From contig NC_014972.1 in the NCBI RefSeq assembly GCF_000186885.1, positions 1,740,001 to 1,772,000 of the forward strand: a DNA stretch of 32,000 nt, read 5' to 3'. Positions 17,407-26,633 of the stretch are shown piece after piece. Each line of letters begins with the position of its first letter. Position 1 is the stretch's first letter. The position numbers and the translations under genes are program-made. Under the pieces are notes generated by a model. The model did not search any database and was not told where the DNA came from. It saw nothing but the letters and a program-made list of their open reading frames with translations. This DNA comes from Desulfobulbus propionicus DSM 2032 (lineage in GTDB: Bacteria; Desulfobacterota; Desulfobulbia; Desulfobulbales; Desulfobulbaceae).

Positions 17407-18170
17407 ACCGCTGGCTCAAGTACCTTTATGCGGGCGGGGTTTATGCCTTTCTCTACCTGCCGCTGGTGATCGTGGCGGTCTTCTCCTTCAACAGCTCCAA
17501 GTATTCCCTGGCCTGGAAGGGGTTCACCCTCGATTGGTACGGCAAGCTGTGGCAGAACACCGGGCTGACGAGCGCGGCGGTCAACTCCCTGCTCATTGCC
17601 GCCGGTGCCGCCACCCTGGCCACCCTGCTCGGCACGGTGGCCGCCTTCATCCTGCACCAGTACAGATTTCCCGGCCGCCGCTTGTTGTTTGGCGGGCTGT
17701 TCGTGATGATGATGTCGCCCGATATTGTGATCGCCATCTCATTGCTGCTGCTCTTTCTCGCCTTGTCCCTGCCCCTGGGCCTGCCCACCCTTCTGGTCGC
17801 CCACACGGTATTGTGCGTGCCCTTTGTCGCCACCACCGTGTTTTCCCGTTTCCACGGCTTTCAGACCGATATCGTCGATGCCGCCAGGGATCTGGGGGCT
17901 GGCGAGTACCACGTCTTTCGCCACATCGTCCTCCCCCTGGCCGCTCCGGCGGTGGTCGGCGGCTGGCTGCTCAGCTTTACCCTGTCGCTGGACGACGTGA
18001 TCATCAGCTTCTTCACCACCGGGCCGGACTTCGAGGTGCTGCCATTGCGCATCTATTCCATGGTCCGCCTGGGCATCAAACCCGATGTCAATGCACTGTG
18101 CGTGGTGATGATGGCCATCACCATCACCGCGCTCGTCCTTTCCAGAAAACTGCTCAAGGAGAAACAATGA
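17403..18170 (+). CDS. potC: Spermidine/putrescine ABC transporter permease
   Basis: 255 aa, GTG start overlapping the potB stop (GTGA). DAARDLGAGEYHVFRHIVLPLAAPAVVGGWLLSFTLSLDDVIISFF. Confidence 0.93.
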   Translation: MNRWLKYLYAGGVYAFLYLPLVIVAVFSFNSSKYSLAWKGFTLDWYGKLWQNTGLTSAAVNSLLIAAGAATLATLLGTVAAFILHQYRFPGRRLLFGGLFVMMMSPDIVIAISLLLLFLALSLPLGLPTLLVAHTVLCVPFVATTVFSRFHGFQTDIVDAARDLGAGEYHVFRHIVLPLAAPAVVGGWLLSFTLSLDDVIISFFTTGPDFEVLPLRIYSMVRLGIKPDVNALCVVMMAITITALVLSRKLLKEKQ

Positions 18171-19219
18171 AAACCATCGTGCATCGCGTCCTACTCACGC
18201 TCCTGGCCCTGTTAACGGTTGTCGTGCCCGGATTTGCCGCCGATAAGGCGGACAAGGTGGTCAACCTCTACATCTGGTCCGAGTACATCCCCGACGAGGT
18301 GATCGCCGCCTTTACCAAGGAGACCGGCATCAAGGTCAACCTGTCGACCTACGACAGCAACGAGGCCATGTACGCCAAGGTCAAGCTGGTGGGCAAAGGC
18401 TACGATCTGGTGGTGCCCTCCTCGGATTATGTGGGACTGATGCGGCGCGAGGGACTGCTGCTGCCGGTCGACACGAAGAAGATTGCCAACTTCTCGCTGA
18501 TCGACCCGAGGTTCACCAATCAGAGCTTTGATCCAGGCAACGGCTATTCAGTCCCCTACATGTGGGGCTCGACCTCGTTGGCGGTCAATACCCAGGTCAT
18601 TGGCGGCGACACGGTGCGGAAGATGGCCGACTTGTGGAAGCCCGAACTCAAGGGCAAGCTGCTGTTGCCCAACGATCCGCGCGAGGTCATGGGCATCGGC
18701 CTCAAGGTGTTGGGCTATTCCATCAACGAGAAGGATCCCGAGCACCTGCGCCAGGCTTTTGAGCGGTTGCAGTCCCTGATGCCGCAGGTGCGGGTGTTCG
18801 ATTCCGATTCGCCCAAGCAAGCCTTGCTTTCCGGGGAAGTGGCCGCTGGTCTGGTGTGGAACGGCGAGGCCTATGTGGCCAACAACGAGAACAAGGCCAT
18901 CCACTACCTCTACCCGCCCGAAGGGTTCAGTCTTTGGGTGGACAGCTTTTGCATCCCCAAGGGAGCGGCCCACGTGGAGGCGGCTCACCGGTTCATCGAC
19001 TATGTGCTTCGGCCGCAGGTGTCGGCGATCATCAGCCAGTCCATGGGGTATTCCTCGCCCAATGCCAAGGTGTTCGACTTTCTTCCCGCGGAGATGAAGA
19101 ACAACCCCATCGTCAATCCTTCGGTCGAAGATGCGGCCCGGGGCGAATTTCTTGACAGTCTGGACGAGCAGACCCTGAAAATATATGAAGGATACTGGGT
19201 GAAGCTGAAGAGCAGGTAA
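18167..19219 (+). CDS. potD: Spermidine/putrescine ABC transporter substrate-binding protein
   Basis: Starts at ATG 18167 (ATGA overlap with the potC stop). Signal peptide MKTIVHRVLLTLLALLTVVVPGFAA, then VNLYIWSEYIPDEVIAAFTKETGIKVNLSTYDSNEAMYAKVK. The listed ORF start at 17534 is too early. Confidence 0.93.
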   Translation: MKTIVHRVLLTLLALLTVVVPGFAADKADKVVNLYIWSEYIPDEVIAAFTKETGIKVNLSTYDSNEAMYAKVKLVGKGYDLVVPSSDYVGLMRREGLLLPVDTKKIANFSLIDPRFTNQSFDPGNGYSVPYMWGSTSLAVNTQVIGGDTVRKMADLWKPELKGKLLLPNDPREVMGIGLKVLGYSINEKDPEHLRQAFERLQSLMPQVRVFDSDSPKQALLSGEVAAGLVWNGEAYVANNENKAIHYLYPPEGFSLWVDSFCIPKGAAHVEAAHRFIDYVLRPQVSAIISQSMGYSSPNAKVFDFLPAEMKNNPIVNPSVEDAARGEFLDSLDEQTLKIYEGYWVKLKSR

Positions 19220-19254
19220 CGATTCCGCGCGGACTCACCCTGGGAGTGGCTGCA

Positions 19255-20055
19255 TCATCTCCCCACAAGGTCGAGCAGGACGGTGTCAACGCCGTGGTTG
19301 TGGAAAAAACGGACCATGGCCGGCCGGTGGGTGTGCATCGAGAAGGAGGCGAAATCCGCTGCCCGGAGTTGAATACAGACCCGGCTGCCGGTTTCGTTCT
19401 CCAGGCGCACCCGGCAACCGACAAAACCAAACCGGCGCAGTTCTTCCTCCCATTGTTCGATTTGCCGCAGGCGCTCAACGGTTATGGGCATGCCGCAGGG
19501 GATCCGAGTGGCCAGGCAGGAAGCGGAAGGCTGATCCCAGTCCGTCAATCCCAGCTGTTGACTCAGCTGTCGGACATCCGCCTTGTCAAAGCCGGCCTGG
19601 ACCAGGGGCGTCTGTACGCCCAGTTGGTGGATGGCCCGCAGGCCGGGGCGATGGCTTTTCAGGTCATCGGTATTGGTGCCGTCGAGCAGAACGGAAACCC
19701 CATGTTTTTCGAGTTGTTCTCGAAACAGGGAATACAGGCGGAATTTGCACGAATAGCAACGGTCTTCGGCGTTGACGACAAATTCCTTCCAACGCAGAGG
19801 GTGCACTTCCAGGCGCACCATGGCAACACCCCGGGGGTAGCCGTTGCGTGATGACCAGTGGATGGCCCGATCGATTTCCCGCGATGGCAGGAGGGCCGAT
19901 TCGCCAAACAGCAGTAAGACGTTGCCCGCGCCAAGGGTGTCCAGGGCGCATTTTGCCAGCAGGGAACTGTCGGTGCCTCCGGAAAAGGCCACAGCGACCC
20001 GTCCATGGGCTTGCAGGATCGAGCGCAGTCGGGTGGTCTTGTCGTCAAGATGCAT
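19255..20055 (-). CDS. larE: ATP-dependent sacrificial sulfur transferase LarE family protein
   Basis: 266 aa. PP-loop VAVAFSGGTDSSLLAK, EDRCYSCKFRLYS, DGTNTDDLKSHRPGLRA, SASCLATRIPCG. Confidence 0.88.
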   Translation of the reverse strand: MHLDDKTTRLRSILQAHGRVAVAFSGGTDSSLLAKCALDTLGAGNVLLLFGESALLPSREIDRAIHWSSRNGYPRGVAMVRLEVHPLRWKEFVVNAEDRCYSCKFRLYSLFREQLEKHGVSVLLDGTNTDDLKSHRPGLRAIHQLGVQTPLVQAGFDKADVRQLSQQLGLTDWDQPSASCLATRIPCGMPITVERLRQIEQWEEELRRFGFVGCRVRLENETGSRVCIQLRAADFASFSMHTHRPAMVRFFHNHGVDTVLLDLVGR

Positions 20056-20102
20056 GGGGACTGCCCACCGGCTGGCGATGGTGCGGCTCCTGTCGTGAAT
20101 CG

Positions 20103-20879
20103 TCAGAAATTGCGTATATGGACGGAGCCATACAGTTCGATGAGAAATTGTTCGGTGGCCGGCGACAGGTTGATGAATTCAGCCCCGTAGAGATTGTCTT
20201 GTCCATTGACGACCCGCACCTTTTCCTTCATTTTGAAATTTCTGCCAATGGTGCAGGTGACGATCAGCAAATCGTCGATGGAATAGAGCTCGGACGATTC
20301 GAGCCGTAGACCGCCCAGGCTGATATCGACGATGGTGGCACTTTTATTTTTCAAGGTGGTGGTATTGTAACAGGTGGCCAGGATGGCGTGATCGGTGATC
20401 TTCCGTTGATGGATGCGCTTGTGACGTCTTCGGTCCTTTTGCTCGAACGGATATTCATCGATTGCAATCTTCTGTTGCTGTTCGCTGCCTCCCTTGGCAA
20501 TGGAGGCAAAAAGCGGGATGTCCGCGCGGCTGATATGGTCGATAAACCATGCGTCAAGCACATCATGGATCGCATTGCCGCCGTTGTTCCTGTTGCGAAA
20601 ACTCAACCTGAATTTATGAAACTCCTTGATCAAGGCATAATGATCAAGGGTATGCTGCGCCGCAAGCTCATGATGCTCGATGAGTTTCTCCTCCGCTTCA
20701 AAATGGCGAAAAATATAATTTTCAATCACATCAAAAAGGGTGTCGATCACCTTTTTGTCGGCGTGGCTTGCTGAAGCGTTGCCCAGGTCGTTGATCAGGT
20801 CGAAAATGATTTTATGCTGATTGTCAATGAGACCGATGCCCACGTTGAGGGTGTCGTCCCATTCTTTCTTGTGTTTCAT
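20103..20879 (-). CDS. Bacteriohemerythrin-PilZ domain fusion protein
   Basis: 258 aa. N-terminal hemerythrin ligand pattern (GIGLIDNQHKIIFDLI, FRHFEAEEKLI, QHTLDHYALIKEF, DVLDAWFIDHISRADIPL). C-terminal PilZ motifs RRRHKRIHQR and VDISLGGLRLE. Confidence 0.87.
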   Translation of the reverse strand: MKHKKEWDDTLNVGIGLIDNQHKIIFDLINDLGNASASHADKKVIDTLFDVIENYIFRHFEAEEKLIEHHELAAQHTLDHYALIKEFHKFRLSFRNRNNGGNAIHDVLDAWFIDHISRADIPLFASIAKGGSEQQQKIAIDEYPFEQKDRRRHKRIHQRKITDHAILATCYNTTTLKNKSATIVDISLGGLRLESSELYSIDDLLIVTCTIGRNFKMKEKVRVVNGQDNLYGAEFINLSPATEQFLIELYGSVHIRNF

Positions 20880-21126
20880 GGAGCCTCATGTGCCTGTGGG
20901 GGATGCGATATCCCCGAATGAGTGAACGCCAGGGTAAGAACCGGGCCAGCGGCGCGGGTTTTGTTTCTAGGGTACCTTGAGTGCCATGTCCCGACAAGGT
21001 TTTCGGTAAAAAAAACAGGCCGGGCGCGTCGCGTTTCTCCTCCTGCGGCACCAGGGCGAGAAGGCCGGGTGGTCGAAAAAGGTGACGCCCGCCAAGGCAG
21101 GTGGTATGGTGGACAAGGAGCGATGA

Positions 21127-21681
21127 ATGGTGGATTCCACGACAAAAAAAGAGGATGGAATGAGCAAAGGTTTGCTGATCGTGTTCACCGGCAATGGCAA
21201 GGGGAAGACCACCGCCGCCCTGGGCATGGCCATGCGGGCCGCCGGTCATGGGCTGCGCGTCTGTTTTATCCAGTTCATCAAAGGGAGCTGGCGTTACGGG
21301 GAACTCGAGGCCGTCAAGCGGTTTGCGGGGCTGATCGACCTGCATGTGATGGGCAAGGGGTTTACCTGGAAATCGGAGAACATCGAGGACGATGCCCGGC
21401 TGGCCCGGGAGGCGTGGGACTTCGCCCGTCAGGCCATCAACTCGAACAGCTACCAGATCGTGGTGCTCGATGAATTCACCTACCTGCTCCATTACGGCAT
21501 GCTGGCCCTTGATCCCTGCCTCCAGTTCCTGACCGAGCGCAACCCTGCCCAACATGTGGTCATCACCGGCCGATACGCCCCGCCCTCCCTGCTGGAAGCG
21601 GCCGATCTGGTGACCGAGATGCAGGCAGTCAAGCATCCCCTGGCCAGCGGCATCAAGGCGCAAAAAGGAATCGAATTTTGA
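21127..21681 (+). CDS. cobO: Cob(I)yrinic acid a,c-diamide adenosyltransferase
   Basis: IVFTGNGKGKTTAALGMAMRAAGHG P-loop, FIKGSWRYGELEAVKRF, VLDEFTYLLHYG. ATG at 21160 (MSKGLLIVFTGNG) is an equally plausible start with a GAGG upstream. Confidence 0.92.
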   Translation: MVDSTTKKEDGMSKGLLIVFTGNGKGKTTAALGMAMRAAGHGLRVCFIQFIKGSWRYGELEAVKRFAGLIDLHVMGKGFTWKSENIEDDARLAREAWDFARQAINSNSYQIVVLDEFTYLLHYGMLALDPCLQFLTERNPAQHVVITGRYAPPSLLEAADLVTEMQAVKHPLASGIKAQKGIEF

Positions 21682-21712
21682 GCGGTTCGCCATTTTCGTC
21701 GGTGGAGAAGCC

Positions 21713-23215
21713 ATGTCCTTCCTCAAACTGGCTCTGATTCACAGCGCCGCCGAACACAAACAGACAGCCCGCAACCGTGACCGTTTGCTGGATCTGTTTC
21801 GCCAGGCCGGCGAGGCGGGGGCGCAACTGGTGGTGGCGCCGGAAATGGCGGTGTCCGGTTATTCGTTCGATAACCGTCAGGATATCGCCCCGTACACTGA
21901 AACCGCCTCCGGTCCAACCGTGACCGCTTTGGCTGAACTGGCGCGCCACCATGGCCTGTATGCCTGCATCGGCCTGGCTGAACGGGATGTCCGCTCCTCC
22001 ATTTTTTACAACAGCGCCTTTGTGCTTGACCCGCAAGGCGTGCTGGTGTGCCGTTACCGCAAGATCAACGCCGAATATCGGTGGGCCTGCCCCGGCAACC
22101 CGCGGGCGGACAACACCTTTGTCACGCCTTGGGGACGGGTAGGCGTGCTGATCTGTTCCGATTCCTACCACAGTCTGCTGCCGCGAATCACCGCCCTGCG
22201 CGGGGCCGATCTCCTGCTCATTCCGGCCAACTGGCCGCCGACTGGCTTGGACCCGCGTGAAATCTGGCGAACCCGGGCCTTGGAAAACGGCATCGTTGTC
22301 GCGGCCTGCAACCGCACCGGCATGGACCTGGTGATGGATTGCCGCCAAGGACCCAGCGCGGTGTTTGATCCCCATGGGGCCACCCTGCTGAACTGCTCGT
22401 CGCCGGATTCACGGCTGCTGCTGGTGGACCTGCCCTTGAACGCTGATCGCCAGCTGGCCACCGCCCGGCGGCAACGCCTGGCACAACGGCGCATGGCGGA
22501 TATCGGCGACTGTTACCTCAATCTGGCGGGTATCTCTGATCTTACCAGCTTTCTTCGTCTACCGCCCCCCGGACGTCTTGCCATCGAGTGCTTGGTCGCC
22601 CAATCTCCCGGCCAGACGATTGAGGAACTGACAACCGCACCACGATTTGGGGAAGAACAGCAAACCCTGCTGGTTCTCCCCGCAGGCGAGTACGGCGACG
22701 TGGCGCTCGATCGCCTGCAGACGTTGTGCGCCAAAACGGGGTTGAATATCGTCGTGTATCGCGAGGGCGAGAACGCCGGACTCTACTGGTTGGACGGCAA
22801 GGGAGAGCCTCGATGCTGGCCATGGCAGCGGCACCAGCCCCGGGAAACAGCCTTGCCCCGGATCGATTGCGGCTCGGCACGGGTACTGCTGGCGCCGCTT
22901 GCCGCCCTGCGCCATCCCGAACCGGTACTGGCCGGCGTCAAGCAGGGGTGCGACCTGGTGGTGACCAGTGAAGCGCACCTGTCGGCCGATGATCGGCTCA
23001 TCGCCGGTGTCCGTACCATCGAAGGCCTGGCCGTGGCTGTTTGCGCCGGCAACGGCTCCGGCGTATGGATGACACCCGAAGGGCATCAGCGCTGGGAGGA
23101 GGTCTTGGCCGGTCCGGGAGAAAGCTGCCGTTATCTGCTCGACACCCATCGAACGCGCAAGAAGCGGTTTCAGGATCGGGTCGATTACGACCGGCTTCTG
23201 GCGAACGACGATTGA
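21713..23215 (+). CDS. Carbon-nitrogen hydrolase (nitrilase) family protein with a second degenerate nitrilase-like half
   Basis: 500 aa. First half has the E-K-C triad contexts APEMAVSGYSF, YRKINAEYRW and VLICSDSYHSLLP. Second half has nitrilase-like order but RVLLAPLAALRHPE in place of a Cys motif. Confidence 0.85.
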   Translation: MSFLKLALIHSAAEHKQTARNRDRLLDLFRQAGEAGAQLVVAPEMAVSGYSFDNRQDIAPYTETASGPTVTALAELARHHGLYACIGLAERDVRSSIFYNSAFVLDPQGVLVCRYRKINAEYRWACPGNPRADNTFVTPWGRVGVLICSDSYHSLLPRITALRGADLLLIPANWPPTGLDPREIWRTRALENGIVVAACNRTGMDLVMDCRQGPSAVFDPHGATLLNCSSPDSRLLLVDLPLNADRQLATARRQRLAQRRMADIGDCYLNLAGISDLTSFLRLPPPGRLAIECLVAQSPGQTIEELTTAPRFGEEQQTLLVLPAGEYGDVALDRLQTLCAKTGLNIVVYREGENAGLYWLDGKGEPRCWPWQRHQPRETALPRIDCGSARVLLAPLAALRHPEPVLAGVKQGCDLVVTSEAHLSADDRLIAGVRTIEGLAVAVCAGNGSGVWMTPEGHQRWEEVLAGPGESCRYLLDTHRTRKKRFQDRVDYDRLLANDD

Positions 23216-23331
23216 TCAGCCGCACACCGGGGAAACAACAAGGGGCCTGATGATGCGGCGCGGCCGTTGTTGCCGAAGGGCAATACGATGCCCAAGAACA
23301 GGGCGGAAAGTACGGTGCCCCGGCCAGGTCT

Positions 23332-23736
23332 TCAATTGACCAGGAATCTGGCCTCCTGTTCCAGCCATTTCAAGGCGCGGCCATAAAATTTGGCTTCATC
23401 GAGCGGCACATTGGCAAACAGCGGCCGGGCTTCCAGGGGCAACTGATCGGAACAGAGGCGAATTTCACTCTCATCCCGGAAACGCAGCACCAGGGAACTG
23501 TCTTTTTTCAGCAACCCTTCCTCAAACACCGAAACGAGGATATCCGTGTTGAACACGGACAGCTCTTCATCCAGCACGGCGGAACGGAGGTCAATGACCA
23601 GTTCCCGGCACTGCGCCATGCCGAGCATGGTCTGGGCGATCTGGAGGATATCCCAGGCGGTGTCATCGGTTAATTCCCCCGTCACAACAATCGAATAGGC
23701 CGTACCGTCATTCTGCTTGCTGATTCTGAATCGCAT
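23332..23736 (-). CDS. STAS-like domain hypothetical protein
   Basis: ATG at 23734-23736 (MRFRISKQNDGTAYSIVVTGELTDDTAWDIL) with GGGAGG upstream. ELVIDLRSA resembles a STAS core strand. Confidence 0.55.
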   Translation of the reverse strand: MRFRISKQNDGTAYSIVVTGELTDDTAWDILQIAQTMLGMAQCRELVIDLRSAVLDEELSVFNTDILVSVFEEGLLKKDSSLVLRFRDESEIRLCSDQLPLEARPLFANVPLDEAKFYGRALKWLEQEARFLVN

Positions 23737-23956
23737 GGCGTCCCTCCCGGTGAGTGTTTGCGTACCCTCTGTATTCATACAAGCAAAGATCACCGGTCAA
23801 GTACAGTAAAAATTTAGTAAAGATTCTCAGTGGTGAGCGGAAGAGATTTTCTCCGTGATGTGAGCCGGTTCACAGGCCATGACATATTGAGCGCAAAACG
23901 CTTGAGCAGCGCCGGCGAGTCGACAAACCAGAGCTTTGGCCACGATGTGCCGAGGA

Positions 23957-25849
23957 TCAGCGCGGACCGCCGCCGGGGACAAAGGGATTGTAGTGGTTGG
24001 CCACCATGACCATCCAAGCCGTGGCGCAGGTGCTGGGGATGGGGTTGGCGTACCAGCCGAAGGGGATGGAATGGCGGCGGCTGGCGTAGAGATAAGGCCG
24101 GGTGGCGAGCGGGAAAAGGGAGCGGTAGCGCTGCGGCTGGCCGGGGAAGGGGGTGTCGGCGTAGGTGTCGACCCTGAGCCGTTCCATGGCGGCCAGCATC
24201 GACTGTTCGTCGGCGTGCAGGGTGTCGAGGAACGCGCGTGCCTGTTGTGTCCCTGGCGAGGCGGGGGACAGGGTGCGGTAATGGTCGATCAGACTGCGCA
24301 CCATGGTGATGGCCCCGGCAGTCCATTCGACCGACAGCACCCCCTGACGGAAGCGGCCGGCCGCATCAAGGCCGTTCCCATCGCGGTCGGAGAAGCCCAC
24401 ACCCCACAAGGTGGTGCCTTCACCGTAACCGCCCCAGCCCTTGACCTGCTGCCAGGCCCGGTAGGCGGAACCGAAGCCGAACCAGCCGTCGATCCGCTCC
24501 GCGCCCAGGGCGGCGATGCCCCAGGTGGTGACATCCACCGCTTCAGCTTCCCGGGCCGGGCGCCAACGCTCCTTGGTCGCCGGATCGTCGGCATAACCAC
24601 CTTGGACGAATGCACCGTCCTGCCAGGCATGGTGACGGAAAAAATGAAGCAGTCCCAAGGTGGTTCGACTGACACCCCCGCCACCGATCTCGCCGCCGTC
24701 GATCATCGCCCCGCTCAGGCGCAGGGCAATGTCGATGCGTTCCCGGTCGGCAGGCGAGAGGGTGTTGTCCTGTCGCAGGGTTGTCTCCAGGGTGGCGCGC
24801 AGCAGGCGCAGGCCTGCATAGAGGCTGATATTGTTTTCCACGGCCACAAAATGCGGATCGATCAATTGCCCGCCCTGGTTGGCCACCGTGCCCGCCGGTG
24901 CATGATAGACCGCTCCCAGGGACGATTGCAGGGCCGCAAAGGTTGGCAGCAGGGCGAGAGCGTTGCTCAGGGCTGGATCGTGCAACGGCACGAAGGCTGC
25001 TTTCCGCTCGACCCGGTAATGGAGATCGGCGGCCTGCAACGGCCCGAGCAGGAAGGCCCAGGCGTTTTCACCGGTGATCGGCTTCCAGTCGGTCCAGTTA
25101 ACCGTGCCGGCTTGGTATTCGGGGTTCGGCGCCGGCAGGCCGGCGGTCTTGATCAGACGGGCGTAGAGGCTGGCGGCCAGGGGGTCGCGGGAGAGCCAGG
25201 TGCGCGGCAGCATGCGGAAGGAAAAGGCCCTGGCCGGCTCGGTGATCCGTTGGCCGTTGTAGACAAAGACCGGGCCGACGGTCACGGCGCGGGAGGCTCC
25301 GAACACAGGATAAGGGCTGTCGCCGCTGTGTGCTTCGGTCAGCAGCAGATTCTGGTTGCTGACCAAGCCATAGGGGTCCTGGCCGGGAGCCAGATCCAGG
25401 CGGTTGACGGTCCGGCCGAGCATGACCGCGATCTGCCAGGTGGCGGCATCGTAGATGCTGGCGCCGTTGTGCGTGTTGATCCGTTCGGTTTGCAGGTCGC
25501 CAGCCGACGATGGTTCCGGCAGCAGGGTGTAGGTGTGCGGATTGTAGACATCGACCACGGTACAGTCAGCCATGGCGCAAACATGCTCGCCCCAATAGGC
25601 GGCACTGTCGTGATAGCTGAGGGGCAGCTGCCGTCCGGCCAGCTTGCCGCTGGTGGCGGTATAGAGAATACCGCCCGCGTCCCGCTCGCTGAGGAGAAAA
25701 CGGTAGGCTGCTTGCAGGTCAGGCGGCTGGGCCGCCGCTGGCAGGGCGCTGAACAGCAGCGGCGCCAACACGAGCAGGATACATGCTGCCCTCAGTCCGG
25801 CCGTTCGGCGCAGACGCTCTTCGTGACACGGCGTCATCCGGTCTTTCAT
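23957..25849 (-). CDS. Secreted protein of unknown function, possibly an alpha/alpha-barrel glycan-related enzyme
   Basis: About 630 aa. Signal peptide (GLRAACILLVLAPLLFSALPAAAQ). Repeated Trp/Gly-rich helical segments (DVTTWGIAALGAERIDGWFGFGSAYRAWQQVKGWGGYGEGTTLWGVGFSDRDGNG). Start at 25849 is preceded by GGAGG. Confidence 0.6.
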   Translation of the reverse strand: MKDRMTPCHEERLRRTAGLRAACILLVLAPLLFSALPAAAQPPDLQAAYRFLLSERDAGGILYTATSGKLAGRQLPLSYHDSAAYWGEHVCAMADCTVVDVYNPHTYTLLPEPSSAGDLQTERINTHNGASIYDAATWQIAVMLGRTVNRLDLAPGQDPYGLVSNQNLLLTEAHSGDSPYPVFGASRAVTVGPVFVYNGQRITEPARAFSFRMLPRTWLSRDPLAASLYARLIKTAGLPAPNPEYQAGTVNWTDWKPITGENAWAFLLGPLQAADLHYRVERKAAFVPLHDPALSNALALLPTFAALQSSLGAVYHAPAGTVANQGGQLIDPHFVAVENNISLYAGLRLLRATLETTLRQDNTLSPADRERIDIALRLSGAMIDGGEIGGGGVSRTTLGLLHFFRHHAWQDGAFVQGGYADDPATKERWRPAREAEAVDVTTWGIAALGAERIDGWFGFGSAYRAWQQVKGWGGYGEGTTLWGVGFSDRDGNGLDAAGRFRQGVLSVEWTAGAITMVRSLIDHYRTLSPASPGTQQARAFLDTLHADEQSMLAAMERLRVDTYADTPFPGQPQRYRSLFPLATRPYLYASRRHSIPFGWYANPIPSTCATAWMVMVANHYNPFVPGGGPR

Positions 25850-25903
25850 CCCTGCCTCCATGGGTTGCGCATCAACGGCACCGAAAAAAATGGTGTTCTC
25901 TCC

Positions 25904-26476
25904 CTAGGGTTTGCGGCAGAGCTCCATTCCCAGTTGCAAGGCCCCGTCCATGAGTTCGTTCTTTTCGGCCACGGCGCCCTTGACCTCCACCCCCTGAGCG
26001 AGCAGTTCACCGCTGTAGCTGAATTCCATGGCGTCGAAGGCGTAGCGTACGGTCAGGCGGGCACCGTCGAAGATCTTGCCGCCGTCGGTGGCGGCCACGC
26101 TGACCATGTAACCGCGCCGGTACTCGCGTTCCGGCTTGATTTCGCCCAGGAGATACTTGCGGCACCACAGGGCCTGGCAGCGATCGATGAAGGCCTTGGT
26201 CTGGGCCGTGACCCCGTAGAAATAGATGGGTGAACCGATGACGATGCGGTTGGCGGCGTCGATCTTGCGATATAGCAGGGTCATGTCGTCCTTGAAGATG
26301 CACTCGCCCTCGTTTTCGCAATGGCCGCAACCGGTACAGGGATGGATGACCAGATGAGCCAGGTGGATGTGTTCGGCCTTGTGGCCGGCGCGGACGATGC
26401 CGCGCTCGATCTGTTCCAGCAACAGGTCGGTGTTGCCGTGCTTGCGAGGACTGCCGTTGAAAATGAGGATATTCAT
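25904..26476 (-). CDS. NADPH-dependent FMN reductase / flavodoxin-like protein with Cys cluster
   Basis: 190 aa. ILIFNGSPRKHGNTDLLLEQIERGI, HPCTGCGHCENEGECIFKDDM, IVIGSPIYFYGVTAQTKAFIDR. Confidence 0.88.
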   Translation of the reverse strand: MNILIFNGSPRKHGNTDLLLEQIERGIVRAGHKAEHIHLAHLVIHPCTGCGHCENEGECIFKDDMTLLYRKIDAANRIVIGSPIYFYGVTAQTKAFIDRCQALWCRKYLLGEIKPEREYRRGYMVSVAATDGGKIFDGARLTVRYAFDAMEFSYSGELLAQGVEVKGAVAEKNELMDGALQLGMELCRKP

Positions 26477-26633
26477 GGGATCGCTCTTTCAGGATTTCTG
26501 TTCCGGAACGGGACAAGGGATCGGGGCGCGTCAACGGAGCCACCTTAAAGCAAGAACAGGACAAAATCCAATGTTTTCCTCGTTGCGCCCAGCACTGGCA
26601 GGAGTAGGTGCCTGGCCACTGTCGATGCCATGA

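Noticed and set aside
20880-21126. Possible cobalamin riboswitch upstream of cobO
   Set aside because: I looked for the conserved B12-box-like GCCAGGAGAC and related segments and did not find them. Only a short GGGGAT/ATCCCC hairpin (20899-20915) is visible.
23936-26233. 765-aa plus-strand ORF opposite the secreted protein and flavoprotein
   Set aside because: It spans two opposite-strand genes, one with a signal peptide and RBS and the other with flavodoxin-like motifs. Compositional artefact.
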